This document shows, in pieces, positions 28,219 to 37,235 of a stretch of DNA of 64,000 nucleotides (within the stretch, counting starts at the first letter, position 1; each line of letters opens with the position of its first letter). The stretch lies in NCBI GenBank assembly GCA_001784175.1, contig MFPR01000030.1, positions 62,001 through 126,000 of the forward strand. Reading direction: 5' to 3'. The position numbers and the translations under genes were made by a program. The DNA is from Candidatus Lindowbacteria bacterium RIFCSPLOWO2_12_FULL_62_27. GTDB taxonomy: Bacteria > Lindowbacteria > 2-12-FULL-62-27. The notes under the pieces are model-generated. The model was given only the letters and a program-made list of their open reading frames with translations, searched no databases and was not told the DNA's origin.

Positions 28219-30485
28219 GCGAAAAACGCCGCCAGCGCCACACCGAGCATGCTGAGTGCGGCGCCGAGCGCCAGACTGACCGGCGCGAACCACATCTCGA
28301 CCCCATGCCGGCCCGCGGGCACGGGAACGGCGCGGAATGCGTAATTGGCGCGGAGAATCGAAACTCGAGCGCCATCCAGCGAGGCGCGCCAACCCGGATA
28401 GTAGACATCGTTGACAACCAGATACCCCGTGTCCGGCGCGTCGACTTCAATTTTCAGGCGATCGGGAACTTCCTCCAGAATCCGGCCTGTGGGCGGCGTG
28501 TCCGTGCGCGCCGGGGGGACCACCGCCGCCCCGCCCGGGCCGGACGCGCGGTCCGTCAGAAGGACGGTCCGGGCGGGATCAAACTCTGGCGACGCGATCC
28601 ATTGCAACGCCGAGTCCTCCGGGACGCCGGCGGCCGTTCCGACCCAAAAGGCTCTCGGCATCGCGCCGGGAACGGCGATAGCTTCGAATCGGTCCGGATT
28701 CACGGCGAGGCCGAGGCTCAGGAGCCGCTGGGCCGGCCGATCGATCCGCTCGATCGGCGGCACGAGGGTGATGAAATCCTCCCGTTCCGGCGACTGGCCC
28801 CATGTCGCCAGAAGAAACCGGACGTAGGAGGACAGCACCAGCGGGTTGTATCCCCGAACGCCAAGCTGGCCCGTCAGCATCGTCGTGTTGCCGAATACAT
28901 AGGAACCCGATACGCTGACGCGCCGCCCTCCGCCGCGTTCCGCGCCCGAGAGAGACAGAATCGCGTCGCGGTCGGCCTTGAGGCGCGCCACCGAATCCGT
29001 CGGCTGGATGAGGCGCCTTCCCTCCCAGTACATGTCTCCGAGCGTCAGCGCCGCGAGGAGCGCGCAGGCCGCCCGGACGCCGATTTTCCGGCGCTGCGCG
29101 GCGATCGCAAGAATCAGGATGCAAACGAGCCCGGCCACGCATACGGCAAGAGACCGGCTGAGACTGCCGGCCGCATACAGTTCGAGAACCTTCGGGAATT
29201 CCGCCCACGCCTGTGGAAAGGCGGCCAGCCCGACGACGGCGATGGCAAGCGCCAGAATTAAAAGCGCCATCCGCCTGAGGGGGATGGAAGCTCCGCCCGT
29301 GATCCGGTCCAGCAGGGCGGCGGCCAGGATGGAAAGCGCCGTCGCGGACAGAAACAGAATCTGCGAAGGCACGCGGAAATTCCTGACGATCGGCAGGGCA
29401 TGATAGGCGGGGAAGACCGGGTTGTGCTTGCCCATGGCAAGAAATACGGAAAGGATCAAAACGCCGAACGCATACCGCTCAATCCTCGACGCCGACCGCC
29501 ACGAAAATCCGAAGATCGCCGCGACCGCAAGCAGCCCCGTATAGGCGCCGGTCTCCCAAAAAAAGGTGACCGTCGGCGTTCCCCAGTAAGTGCCATCCGG
29601 AGGGCTGCCGAACGGCATCGGGAAAAACAGGTTGAACAAATCCACCCCCCGAAGCGAATCGCTGACGGCCGCCTCGTAGAGGATGCCGTCGGAACGCGTG
29701 GACCACGCCGTAAATTCCGCGGTCGGCAGGAGCTGAACGCCGGCGATCGCAAAGCCGGCGCCGACCGAGACCGCGAACACCGTCATGCGCCTTCGCAACG
29801 AAACGGCCGCCGCCGCCGGCGCATTAAAGACGGCCATGCCAAGCAGAAACAGGAGCGCGTAGAAGGCAATTTGAGGGAAGCCGCCGAGCAGCATGAGCGC
29901 GGTGAAGACCGAAGCCAACGCCCAGCCGCGTGTCCCGTCGGATGACCAGGCCCGCCGGCAGGCCCACCACAGCCACGGCACCCAGGCCGCGGTTTGAAAG
30001 AGGGTCAGGTGTCCGGCGTAGACATGGCGAAGCATGAACGCGTTAAACGCGTAGAGAACGCCGGCCGTCCAGGACGCAGGCCAGGACAATCCGAAATCGC
30101 GCGTGAAGGCGAACATGCCGAGCGCGGCCGCGAAAAAATGGAGCGCGACGGTCCAGCCGTACGCCTGTTCCGGCGGCATCGCATAAAAAAGCGCGCCGCC
30201 CGGATAGATCGCGGAAACCTGGATGTCGGCCAGAAAGGGCGCGCCGCAAAAAACGTGCGGGTTCCAGAGCGGCAGCCGGCCGTGGTCGCGGACCTGTTCC
30301 CACAGGAACTGCTTCATCGGATAAAAGAACATCAAAAAATCGCTCCCGAAGAGCACCCGGTCCGGCAGGAGGACCGGCCAGAAAAAGAGGGCGCAGACGC
30401 CGGCATACGCGATCAGCGCTTTTCGCATGAAGGCTGGGGCGCGCTGTTTCGAATCGCGCCCGGTGTCATCCGTCGACATTGTCAT
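28203..30485 (-). CDS. YfhO-family membrane protein, tandem paralog
   Basis: GSDFLMFFYP, LPLWNPHVFCGAP, YYPGWRASLDG, FRAVPVPAGRH; collinear with the neighbour. Confidence 0.9.
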   Translation of the reverse strand: MTMSTDDTGRDSKQRAPAFMRKALIAYAGVCALFFWPVLLPDRVLFGSDFLMFFYPMKQFLWEQVRDHGRLPLWNPHVFCGAPFLADIQVSAIYPGGALFYAMPPEQAYGWTVALHFFAAALGMFAFTRDFGLSWPASWTAGVLYAFNAFMLRHVYAGHLTLFQTAAWVPWLWWACRRAWSSDGTRGWALASVFTALMLLGGFPQIAFYALLFLLGMAVFNAPAAAAVSLRRRMTVFAVSVGAGFAIAGVQLLPTAEFTAWSTRSDGILYEAAVSDSLRGVDLFNLFFPMPFGSPPDGTYWGTPTVTFFWETGAYTGLLAVAAIFGFSWRSASRIERYAFGVLILSVFLAMGKHNPVFPAYHALPIVRNFRVPSQILFLSATALSILAAALLDRITGGASIPLRRMALLILALAIAVVGLAAFPQAWAEFPKVLELYAAGSLSRSLAVCVAGLVCILILAIAAQRRKIGVRAACALLAALTLGDMYWEGRRLIQPTDSVARLKADRDAILSLSGAERGGGRRVSVSGSYVFGNTTMLTGQLGVRGYNPLVLSSYVRFLLATWGQSPEREDFITLVPPIERIDRPAQRLLSLGLAVNPDRFEAIAVPGAMPRAFWVGTAAGVPEDSALQWIASPEFDPARTVLLTDRASGPGGAAVVPPARTDTPPTGRILEEVPDRLKIEVDAPDTGYLVVNDVYYPGWRASLDGARVSILRANYAFRAVPVPAGRHGVEMWFAPVSLALGAALSMLGVALAAFFACRAR

Positions 30486-30504
30486 GTAATAACACCCTGC
30501 AATC

Positions 30505-30535
30505 TTGACACGCAAGCCGTGTCCTTTGGTACAAT
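30505..30535 (+). promoter_or_regulatory. greA promoter (extended -10), probably leaderless
   Basis: TTGACA-19-TACAAT with TG at the extended position; ATG 6 nt downstream. Confidence 0.6.
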
Positions 30536-30541
30536 TCGCCC

Positions 30542-31021
30542 ATGGATAATTACATCACCAAAAAGCGGTACGACGCGCTGATGCAGGAGGTCAAGCATAT
30601 CCGGGAGGTGGAACTGCCGGAGGTGTCGAAGGCCAAGCTCTTGGCGGCGGAGGAGGGCGACCTCAAGGAAAACGGCGGCTATCACGCGGCCAAGGAACGG
30701 ATGGAGCTGTTGATGAAGAAGCTCGAGGATTACGAGGGCTTCGTGACCGGACCCAAATTCATCGACGATATCGCCATCAAGGGCGACGTCGTCACCCTCG
30801 GCACGGTCGTCCGGGTCCAGGACCTGCAGAACAACAGCGAGTCGGAATACTGCATCCTCGGCTCAGCCGACGCCGACCCCGACAAGAACATCATCTCCTT
30901 CCAAGCGCCCATCGCGCGCGGCCTGATACGCAAGCGGGTGGGCGACCAGTGCGACGTGCAGACGCCGCGGGGGACGAAACGGTACAAGATTCTCGAGATC
31001 AAGAGATTTTCCGGCGCCTGA
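30542..31021 (+). CDS. greA: Transcription elongation factor GreA
   Basis: EGDLKENGGYHAAKE, VTLGTVV, IISFQAPIARGLI. Confidence 0.95.
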   Translation: MDNYITKKRYDALMQEVKHIREVELPEVSKAKLLAAEEGDLKENGGYHAAKERMELLMKKLEDYEGFVTGPKFIDDIAIKGDVVTLGTVVRVQDLQNNSESEYCILGSADADPDKNIISFQAPIARGLIRKRVGDQCDVQTPRGTKRYKILEIKRFSGA

Positions 31022-31057
31022 CCCCGCTGCGAGATGGCGGAGGAGGAATAAGCGCCC

Positions 31058-32572
31058 ATGTTTGAACAAGCCTTCAAGAACATCGATGACGTCCTCTGGA
31101 AAGAGGCGGGTTGCACCACCGAACTCGACTACACCGAGCAGACTTCCTGGCTCCTCTTCCTGAAATACCTTGACGGGCTGGAGCAAGACCGCGCCGATGA
31201 GGCCGCGCTGAACGGCAAGAAATACGCCTACATCCTCGACAAACCTTACCGCTGGGAAATATGGGCCGCGCCGAAGGGCAAAGACGGCGCGCTCGACCAT
31301 AACGCCGCCCTGACCGGCGACGACCTCCGCGACTTCGTCAATCAGAAGCTCTTCCCGTATCTCCACAAGTTCAAAGAAAAGGCCACTGGGCCGAACACCA
31401 TCGAATACAAAATCGGGGAGATATTCGGGGAAATCAAAAACAAAATATCGAGCGGATACAACCTGCGCGAGATCATCGACCACGTCGACGAACTTCGATT
31501 CCGCTCGCAGACCGAGAAACACGAACTCTCGCACCTCTACGAAGCCAAGATCAAGAACATGGGCAACGCGGGCAGAAACGGCGGCGAGTATTACACCCCG
31601 CGGCCGCTCATCCGGGCAATCGTGCGGGTGGTCAATCCCAAAATCGGCGAGAGCGTCTATGACGGCGCGTGCGGCTCGGCGGGCTTTTTGTGCGAGTCGT
31701 TCGACCACATGAAGTCGTCGGGCAAGCTCACCACCAAAGACCTCACCACGCTCCAGACGCGCACCTTCTACGGCAAGGAAAAGAAATCGCTCGCCTACGT
31801 CATCGCGATCATGAACATGATTCTGCACGGCATCGAAGCGCCGAACATCCTGCACACCAACACGCTCACCGAGAACCTCGGCGACATTCAGGAAAAAGAC
31901 CGCGTGGACGTGATCCTCGCCAATCCGCCGTTTGGCGGCAAGGAACGCAAGGAGGTTCAGCAAAACTTTCCCATCCGCACCGGCGAGACGGCGTTCCTGT
32001 TCCTCCAGCATTTCATCAAAATGATCAAGGCCGGCGGGTGCAGGGATGCACAAGTCCCTGCCGGCCGCCATGGAAGGCGGTGCATCGGCGGGGGCGGGCG
32101 CGGCGGCGTGGTCATCAAGAACACATTCCTCTCCAACACCGACAACGCGTCGGTGAGCCTGCGCAAGCTCCTGCTGGAAAGCTGTAACCTACACACCGTG
32201 CTCGACTGCCCCGGCGGTACATTTCAAGGCGCGGGCGTGAAGACCGTGGTGCTTTTCTTTGAGAAGGGCGCGCCCACCCGCAAGGTCTGGTTCTACCAGC
32301 TCGATCCCGGCCGCAACCTCGGCAAGACCAACCCGCTCAACGACGATGATCTGGCCGAGTTTGTGAAACTGCAAAAGACATTCGCCGACTCGCCCAAGAG
32401 CTGGAGCGTGGCCGCCAAGAGCATCGACCCGGCGACATTCGACCTCTCCGTGAAAAATCCCAACGGCGGTGAGGAAGTGACGCACCGTAGTCCGGAGGAA
32501 ATCATGGATGAGATTTCACGCGGAGACGCGGAGTGCGCGGAGGTTTTGGGGAGGATTCGAAAACTCATATGA
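31058..32572 (+). CDS. hsdM: Type I restriction-modification methyltransferase subunit with a 20-aa in-frame insert
   Basis: GEYYTPRP, YDGACGSAGFL, LANPPFG. Confidence 0.95.
   Translation: MFEQAFKNIDDVLWKEAGCTTELDYTEQTSWLLFLKYLDGLEQDRADEAALNGKKYAYILDKPYRWEIWAAPKGKDGALDHNAALTGDDLRDFVNQKLFPYLHKFKEKATGPNTIEYKIGEIFGEIKNKISSGYNLREIIDHVDELRFRSQTEKHELSHLYEAKIKNMGNAGRNGGEYYTPRPLIRAIVRVVNPKIGESVYDGACGSAGFLCESFDHMKSSGKLTTKDLTTLQTRTFYGKEKKSLAYVIAIMNMILHGIEAPNILHTNTLTENLGDIQEKDRVDVILANPPFGGKERKEVQQNFPIRTGETAFLFLQHFIKMIKAGGCRDAQVPAGRHGRRCIGGGGRGGVVIKNTFLSNTDNASVSLRKLLLESCNLHTVLDCPGGTFQGAGVKTVVLFFEKGAPTRKVWFYQLDPGRNLGKTNPLNDDDLAEFVKLQKTFADSPKSWSVAAKSIDPATFDLSVKNPNGGEEVTHRSPEEIMDEISRGDAECAEVLGRIRKLI
32039..32098. 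repeat. Palindromic 60-bp element inserted in frame in hsdM
   Basis: Two hairpins, GCAGGGA..TCCCTGC and CCGCC-ATGGAA-GGCGG, flanked by GGCGGG direct repeats. Confidence 0.75.
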
Positions 32573-33702
32573 AACTCACGCCGTCATTTTTCAAAACGAT
32601 CCGCGAGATTATCCTCTCCGCCCGTGCCACGGTCTCGCGTGGCGTGGACCTGGTGCAGGTTCACACGAATTTTGAGATCGGCAGGCGTATTGTTGAGGAG
32701 GAGCAGAAAGGCAAACGGCGGGCGGATTATGGGAAGGAAGTGATCAAAGCGCTTGCGAAGAAATTGACGGGCGAGTTTGGAAATGGATTTTCTCAGAGAA
32801 ATCTTGAATACATGCGCAGATTTTATCTGCTCTATCAGGATAGGAATGCAATTGCGCAATCAATGTCTGCACAATTGGGTCGCGGCAAGATTGCGCAATC
32901 ACTGATTGCGCAATCGGCTTCAGATCAAAAAGGCCGGACACAGGCTGGGAAATTGGCATCCATTGAAAAACACCCTCCCCGCCCCTTTACTCTTAGCTGG
33001 ACACATTACTTTTTTCTCCTCGGTATCAAGAACCCCGATGAGCGCAGCTTCTACGAGATCGAGTCCGCCCAACAGGACTGGACCGTCCGTGAACTTAAGC
33101 GCCAGTTCGACACTGGCCTTTACGAACGGCTCGCTCTCAGTCGGGACAAGAAGGGCATCCGAAAGCTGGCGCGGGAAGGACAGACAATTTCTAAACCTGA
33201 AGACCTCCTGAAGGAACCGTTGGTGCTGGAGTTTCTCGGGCTCTCCGAACAGTCCCGCTATTCCGAGTCCGATCTCGAAGCCGCCATCATCAACCAAATC
33301 GAACGGTTTTTGCTCGAACTCGGCAGGGGATTTCTTTTTGAGGCGCGGCAGAAACGATTCACCTTCGACGAAGAACACTTCTTTGTTGACCTCGTCTTTT
33401 ACAACCGCCTCCTGCGGTGTTACGTGCTCGTCGACCTCAAGATCGGCAAACTCACGCATCAGGATATCGGCCAGATGCAGATGTACGTGAACTACCACGA
33501 CCGGAAAGTCCGCCGCCCCGGCGAGTCCCCGACCGTCGGCATTATCCTCTGCAAACAGAAAAACAAGGCCCTCGTCGAGATCACCCTCCCCAAAGGCGCC
33601 AACATCCACGCCGGAGAGTATCAGCTCTACCTGCCCAGCAAGGCGCAACTCAAAAAGAAGCTCATTGAGTGGACGGCGGGGAAAGACGGCGGCGATGAGT
33701 AA
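32569..33702 (+). CDS. DUF1016 / YhcG-family PD-(D/E)XK nuclease-like protein
   Basis: FEIGRRIVEEEQ, LSWTHY, FLLELGRGFLF, VDLVFYNR, VDLKIG, GQMQMYVNY; ATGA overlap with hsdM. Confidence 0.93.
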   Translation: MKLTPSFFKTIREIILSARATVSRGVDLVQVHTNFEIGRRIVEEEQKGKRRADYGKEVIKALAKKLTGEFGNGFSQRNLEYMRRFYLLYQDRNAIAQSMSAQLGRGKIAQSLIAQSASDQKGRTQAGKLASIEKHPPRPFTLSWTHYFFLLGIKNPDERSFYEIESAQQDWTVRELKRQFDTGLYERLALSRDKKGIRKLAREGQTISKPEDLLKEPLVLEFLGLSEQSRYSESDLEAAIINQIERFLLELGRGFLFEARQKRFTFDEEHFFVDLVFYNRLLRCYVLVDLKIGKLTHQDIGQMQMYVNYHDRKVRRPGESPTVGIILCKQKNKALVEITLPKGANIHAGEYQLYLPSKAQLKKKLIEWTAGKDGGDE

Positions 33703-33772
33703 GGTCGGGGTGGAGAATCTCACGCGGAGACGCGGAGAGCGCGGAGGTGCGGGGGAAGATCGGGGCGATGGT

Positions 33773-34960
33773 ATGAAGAATGGGTGGCCAACGAAGACGA
33801 TAGGCGAAGTTCTGCAAAAGACCGACACTGTTAATCCGCTGCAATCGCCACAAGTGGAGTTCGACTACATCGACGTTTCGAGCGTTTCCGATGCGACATT
33901 TCAGATCGAGACGACGCAGCGCCTCAAAGGAAAGGACGCACCGAGCCGGGCCAGAAAGCTCGTGAGAGCGAACGACATCCTTTTCGCGACGATTCGCCCC
34001 ACCTTGCAACGAATCGCCGTCGTGCCGGAACATCTCGACAAGCAAGTCTGTAGCACTGGCTATTTTGTTCTCCGGCCAAAGTCGGGAATTGACCACCGCT
34101 TCGTCTTCTACTTTCTTTTCACGGAGGACTTCACCGGGCAGATGGAATGTCTCCAGAAGGGTGCGAGTTATCCGGCTGTTACAGATGGCGACGTGAAAGC
34201 GCAGACGATTCCCGTCCCCCCGCTCCCCGAGCAGCGGCGGATCGTCGGGATTCTTGACGAAGCGTTTGAGGGCATCGCCGCCGCCAAAGCCAACGCCGAA
34301 AAAAATCTCCAAAACGCCCGCGCCCTCTTCGATAGCCACCTCCAATCCGTCTTCTCCCACCGCGGCGAGGGGTGGGTGGATCGCACGCTTGATCAAGTGT
34401 GTGTCGTCGAACGAGGCAGTTCACCCCGACCAATCAAAAACTACTTCACCACCGATCCAGATGGCGTGAATTGGATCAAAATCGGCGATACCGAAGAGGG
34501 CGGAAAGTATGTTTTTTCCACGGCTCAGAAGATCACGCCCGAAGGTGCCAAACAGTCACGATTCGTCAAAGAGGGTGATTTCATACTGACGAATTCTATG
34601 TCATTTGGTCGGCCATACATCATGAAGACAAGCGGCTACATTCATGACGGTTGGTTCGTGTTGAGGCTGAATATCTCAATTGACACCGATTATTTTTACT
34701 ACCTCCTTTCGTCGCGCTTTGTCCAATCACAGTTTTCTCAGTTGGCAAGTGGATCTGTCGTCAAAAACATCAGCGGCAATCTCGTAAAAAAGGCAGTCTT
34801 GCCGATTCCGCCGCTATCTCATCAGCATGTCATCGTTCAAAAGTTATCGGAGATATCCGCCGAAACTCAACGCCTCGCGTCCCTCTACCAGCAAAAACTC
34901 ACCGCGCTTGACGAACTGAAAAAATCGCTGCTGCACCGGGCATTCAGCGGGAGGTTGTAA
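33773..34960 (+). CDS. hsdS: Type I restriction-modification specificity subunit
   Basis: Two TRDs with conserved spacers IPVPPLPEQRRIV and LPIPPLSHQ..IV; ends LKKSLLHRAFSGRL. Confidence 0.95.
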   Translation: MKNGWPTKTIGEVLQKTDTVNPLQSPQVEFDYIDVSSVSDATFQIETTQRLKGKDAPSRARKLVRANDILFATIRPTLQRIAVVPEHLDKQVCSTGYFVLRPKSGIDHRFVFYFLFTEDFTGQMECLQKGASYPAVTDGDVKAQTIPVPPLPEQRRIVGILDEAFEGIAAAKANAEKNLQNARALFDSHLQSVFSHRGEGWVDRTLDQVCVVERGSSPRPIKNYFTTDPDGVNWIKIGDTEEGGKYVFSTAQKITPEGAKQSRFVKEGDFILTNSMSFGRPYIMKTSGYIHDGWFVLRLNISIDTDYFYYLLSSRFVQSQFSQLASGSVVKNISGNLVKKAVLPIPPLSHQHVIVQKLSEISAETQRLASLYQQKLTALDELKKSLLHRAFSGRL

Positions 34961-34968
34961 GAGAGATC

Positions 34969-35097
34969 ATGGCAGACGAAATGACCCCGCCGCAATCCGG
35001 CATCATCCTTTACCAGACCGAGTCAACTATTCGACAATATCGAACAGTTCGATCCGTGATCCCAACTTGTAAGTACGACTTATTACTGGGAGCATAA
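34969..35097 (+). pseudogene. Remnant of a RhuM-family gene
   Basis: MADEMTPPQSGIILYQTE joined directly to STIRQYRTVR; matches the N-terminal YxTE and palindrome-encoded motifs of the RhuM gene at 35326. Confidence 0.6.
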
Positions 35098-35119
35098 AAT
35101 GTTTGACACATCGGCAAGG

Positions 35120-35252
35120 CCGTCACCCCCGCGAAAGCGGGGGTCCAGTCGCCGTATCCGAGCGAGGGACAGACTCTGGATTCCCGCTGGAGCCTGCCCC
35201 GGACTGGATTCCCGCTTTCGCGGGCATGACGGAACCGGGGCGGGAATGACGG
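35120..35252. repeat. Nested REP-like element (GTCAYCCCCGCGAAAGCGGG...CCCGCTTTCGCGGGNATGAC)
   Basis: Long inverted repeats with a duplicated CTGGATTCCCGCT and a duplicated GCGGG(C/A)ATGACGGAA end. Confidence 0.85.
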
Positions 35253-35325
35253 AAGGGGCTGTCCGCACAACTTGTAAGGATTACTTACAAGTTCATCCGT
35301 TACGCTCTATTCTGGAGTTTACACC

Positions 35326-36381
35326 ATGAGAAAAAAACCCGATACCACGCCTCCGGGCGGCCAGTTCCTTGTTTATCGGACGGAGGACGGGAAGCTCAAG
35401 ATCGATGTGCGATTCGAAGGTGAGACTGTCTGGCTGACGCAGCAGCTTATGGCGGAGTTGTTTCAGACCACCAAACAGAACATCGGGCAGCATCTGAAAA
35501 GCATCTTTGAAGAAGGCGAACTCACCCGGGAATCAGTTGTAAAGGATTTCTTTACTACTGCCGCCGACGGTAAGAACTACAACACCAACTTCTACAACCT
35601 CGATGCCATCATCTCGGTTGGCTACCGCGTCAAATCTCGTGTCGCCACCCAATTCCGCATCTGGGCCACCCAACGCCTGCGGGAATACATTATCAAGGGG
35701 TTTGTCCTCGACGACGAGCGGCTTAAGAATCCGCCGGGCAAGGGCCATACGGACTACTTCGACGAGTTGCTGGAGCGGATCCGCGACATCCGCGCGAGCG
35801 AGCGCCGGGTTTATCTGCGCGTGCGGGAGATTCTCGCGCTGGCCGCTGACTATTCGCCGTCCGAGCCGGAAACGCAGGCCTTCTTCCAGGCGGTGCAGAA
35901 CAAACTGCACTTCGCCGCCACCGGCAAGACCGCGCCTGAGCTGATCGCCGGGCGGGCCGACTCCGCTCAACCCAACATGAACCTGACGGCGTGGAAAAGC
36001 GGCGTGGTTCGCAAAGGCGATGTGACCGTGGCCAAGAACTATCTGCGCGAATCCGAGATCAACTAACTGAACCGAATCGTCGTCATGTTTCTCGATTTCG
36101 CCGAGGATCAGGCACGGCGGCGCAAGCAGATATTCCTGCGCAACTGGCAGACTCGGTTGAATGATTTCCTGCGGTTGAACGAACGCGCGATTCTGCCCGA
36201 TGCCGGAAAAGTAAGTCGCGAACAGGCTGACGCTATCGCGGAGCAGGAGTATGACCGCTTCGCCGCACGCCGCCGCGCGCGACTCGAAGACGAAGGGGAG
36301 GCCGACACGCTCAAGTTGCTCGAAGATGATGTGAAGAAACTGCCGAAGCCGAAGAAACGGAGGAAGGGCGAACAGAAATGA
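35326..36381 (+). pseudogene. RhuM-family (virulence protein) gene with an in-frame nonsense codon
   Basis: VWLTQQLMAELF, YNLDAIISVGYRV, FRIWAT, KNYL. TAA at 36064-36066 is followed in the same frame by LNRIVVMFLDFAEDQA. Confidence 0.88.
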
Positions 36382-37068
36382 ACGAAGCCGAAACCCGCGC
36401 CGAGCATATCGACCCCGCGCTGAAGGCGGCGGGCTGGGGCGTCGTCGACGGAAGCAAGATCCGGCGCGAACGACGAGAGCAACTGGCGCGGCATTCTCGA
36501 CTACTTCGCCCCCGCCGTGCAGATGGGAATGACCGCCACGCCCAAACGCCGGGACAACGTGGACACCCACGCCTACTTCGGCGATCCGGTCTACATCTAT
36601 TCGCTCAAGGACGGCATCAACGACGGCTTCCTCACGCCGTTCAAGGTGAAGCAGATTTCCACGACGCTCGACGAATATGTCGCCACCGGCGTGGACGCCC
36701 GCAACATCCGCAACATCGTGCTGATGCGCCCGATCAACACGATGATCGAGTTCAAGCAGATCGACGTGCTGGCCCACGTGGCCTACGCCTTGCCGCCGGT
36801 CACTCGCGAAGAACGCGCCGGAAAAGCCAAGGTCATCATCAGCACACGTTTCAACAGCAAACAGCAGATATTTCTCGACTTTGTGCTGTCGCACTACGTG
36901 TCGGTCGGCGTAGAGGAACTTGACCAGGAGAAGCTCACGCCACTATTGCGGCTCATGTATCACGATTCCATCGCCGACGCCGTGGCGGATCTGGGCCGGC
37001 CGGATGAGATTGGGAAGGTGTTCGCAGGCTTCCAGAAATACTTGTATCGGCAGCAGGCCGCCGCATGA
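36378..37068 (+). pseudogene. hsdR: Internally deleted type I restriction subunit (hsdR remnant)
   Basis: Pieces MNEAETRAEHIDPALKAAGW / frameshift / NDESNWRGILDYF..MTATPKR..DGFLTPFK / TGVDARNIRNIVLMRP..EFKQI / DVLAHVAY..FQKYLY in only about 690 bp; nuclease, Walker A, DECH and GRGTR motifs are absent. Confidence 0.9.
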
Positions 37069-37096
37069 TCCAGAAGTCACACCAAGTGTTATAAGA

Positions 37097-37169
<73 letters not shown>

Positions 37170-37235
37170 TGAACGGATCACTTGTTACTACGCAACTCGA
37201 ACTTTAGTCAACGGGATGGTATATCCGAATCCATC

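Noticed and set aside
36064-36066. Programmed stop-codon recoding in RhuM
   Set aside because: The codon is TAA, which is used as a normal stop elsewhere in the window, and the surrounding genes are decaying.
31058-37068. Intact mobile element or prophage
   Set aside because: No integrase, transposase or phage gene is recognisable anywhere in the window.
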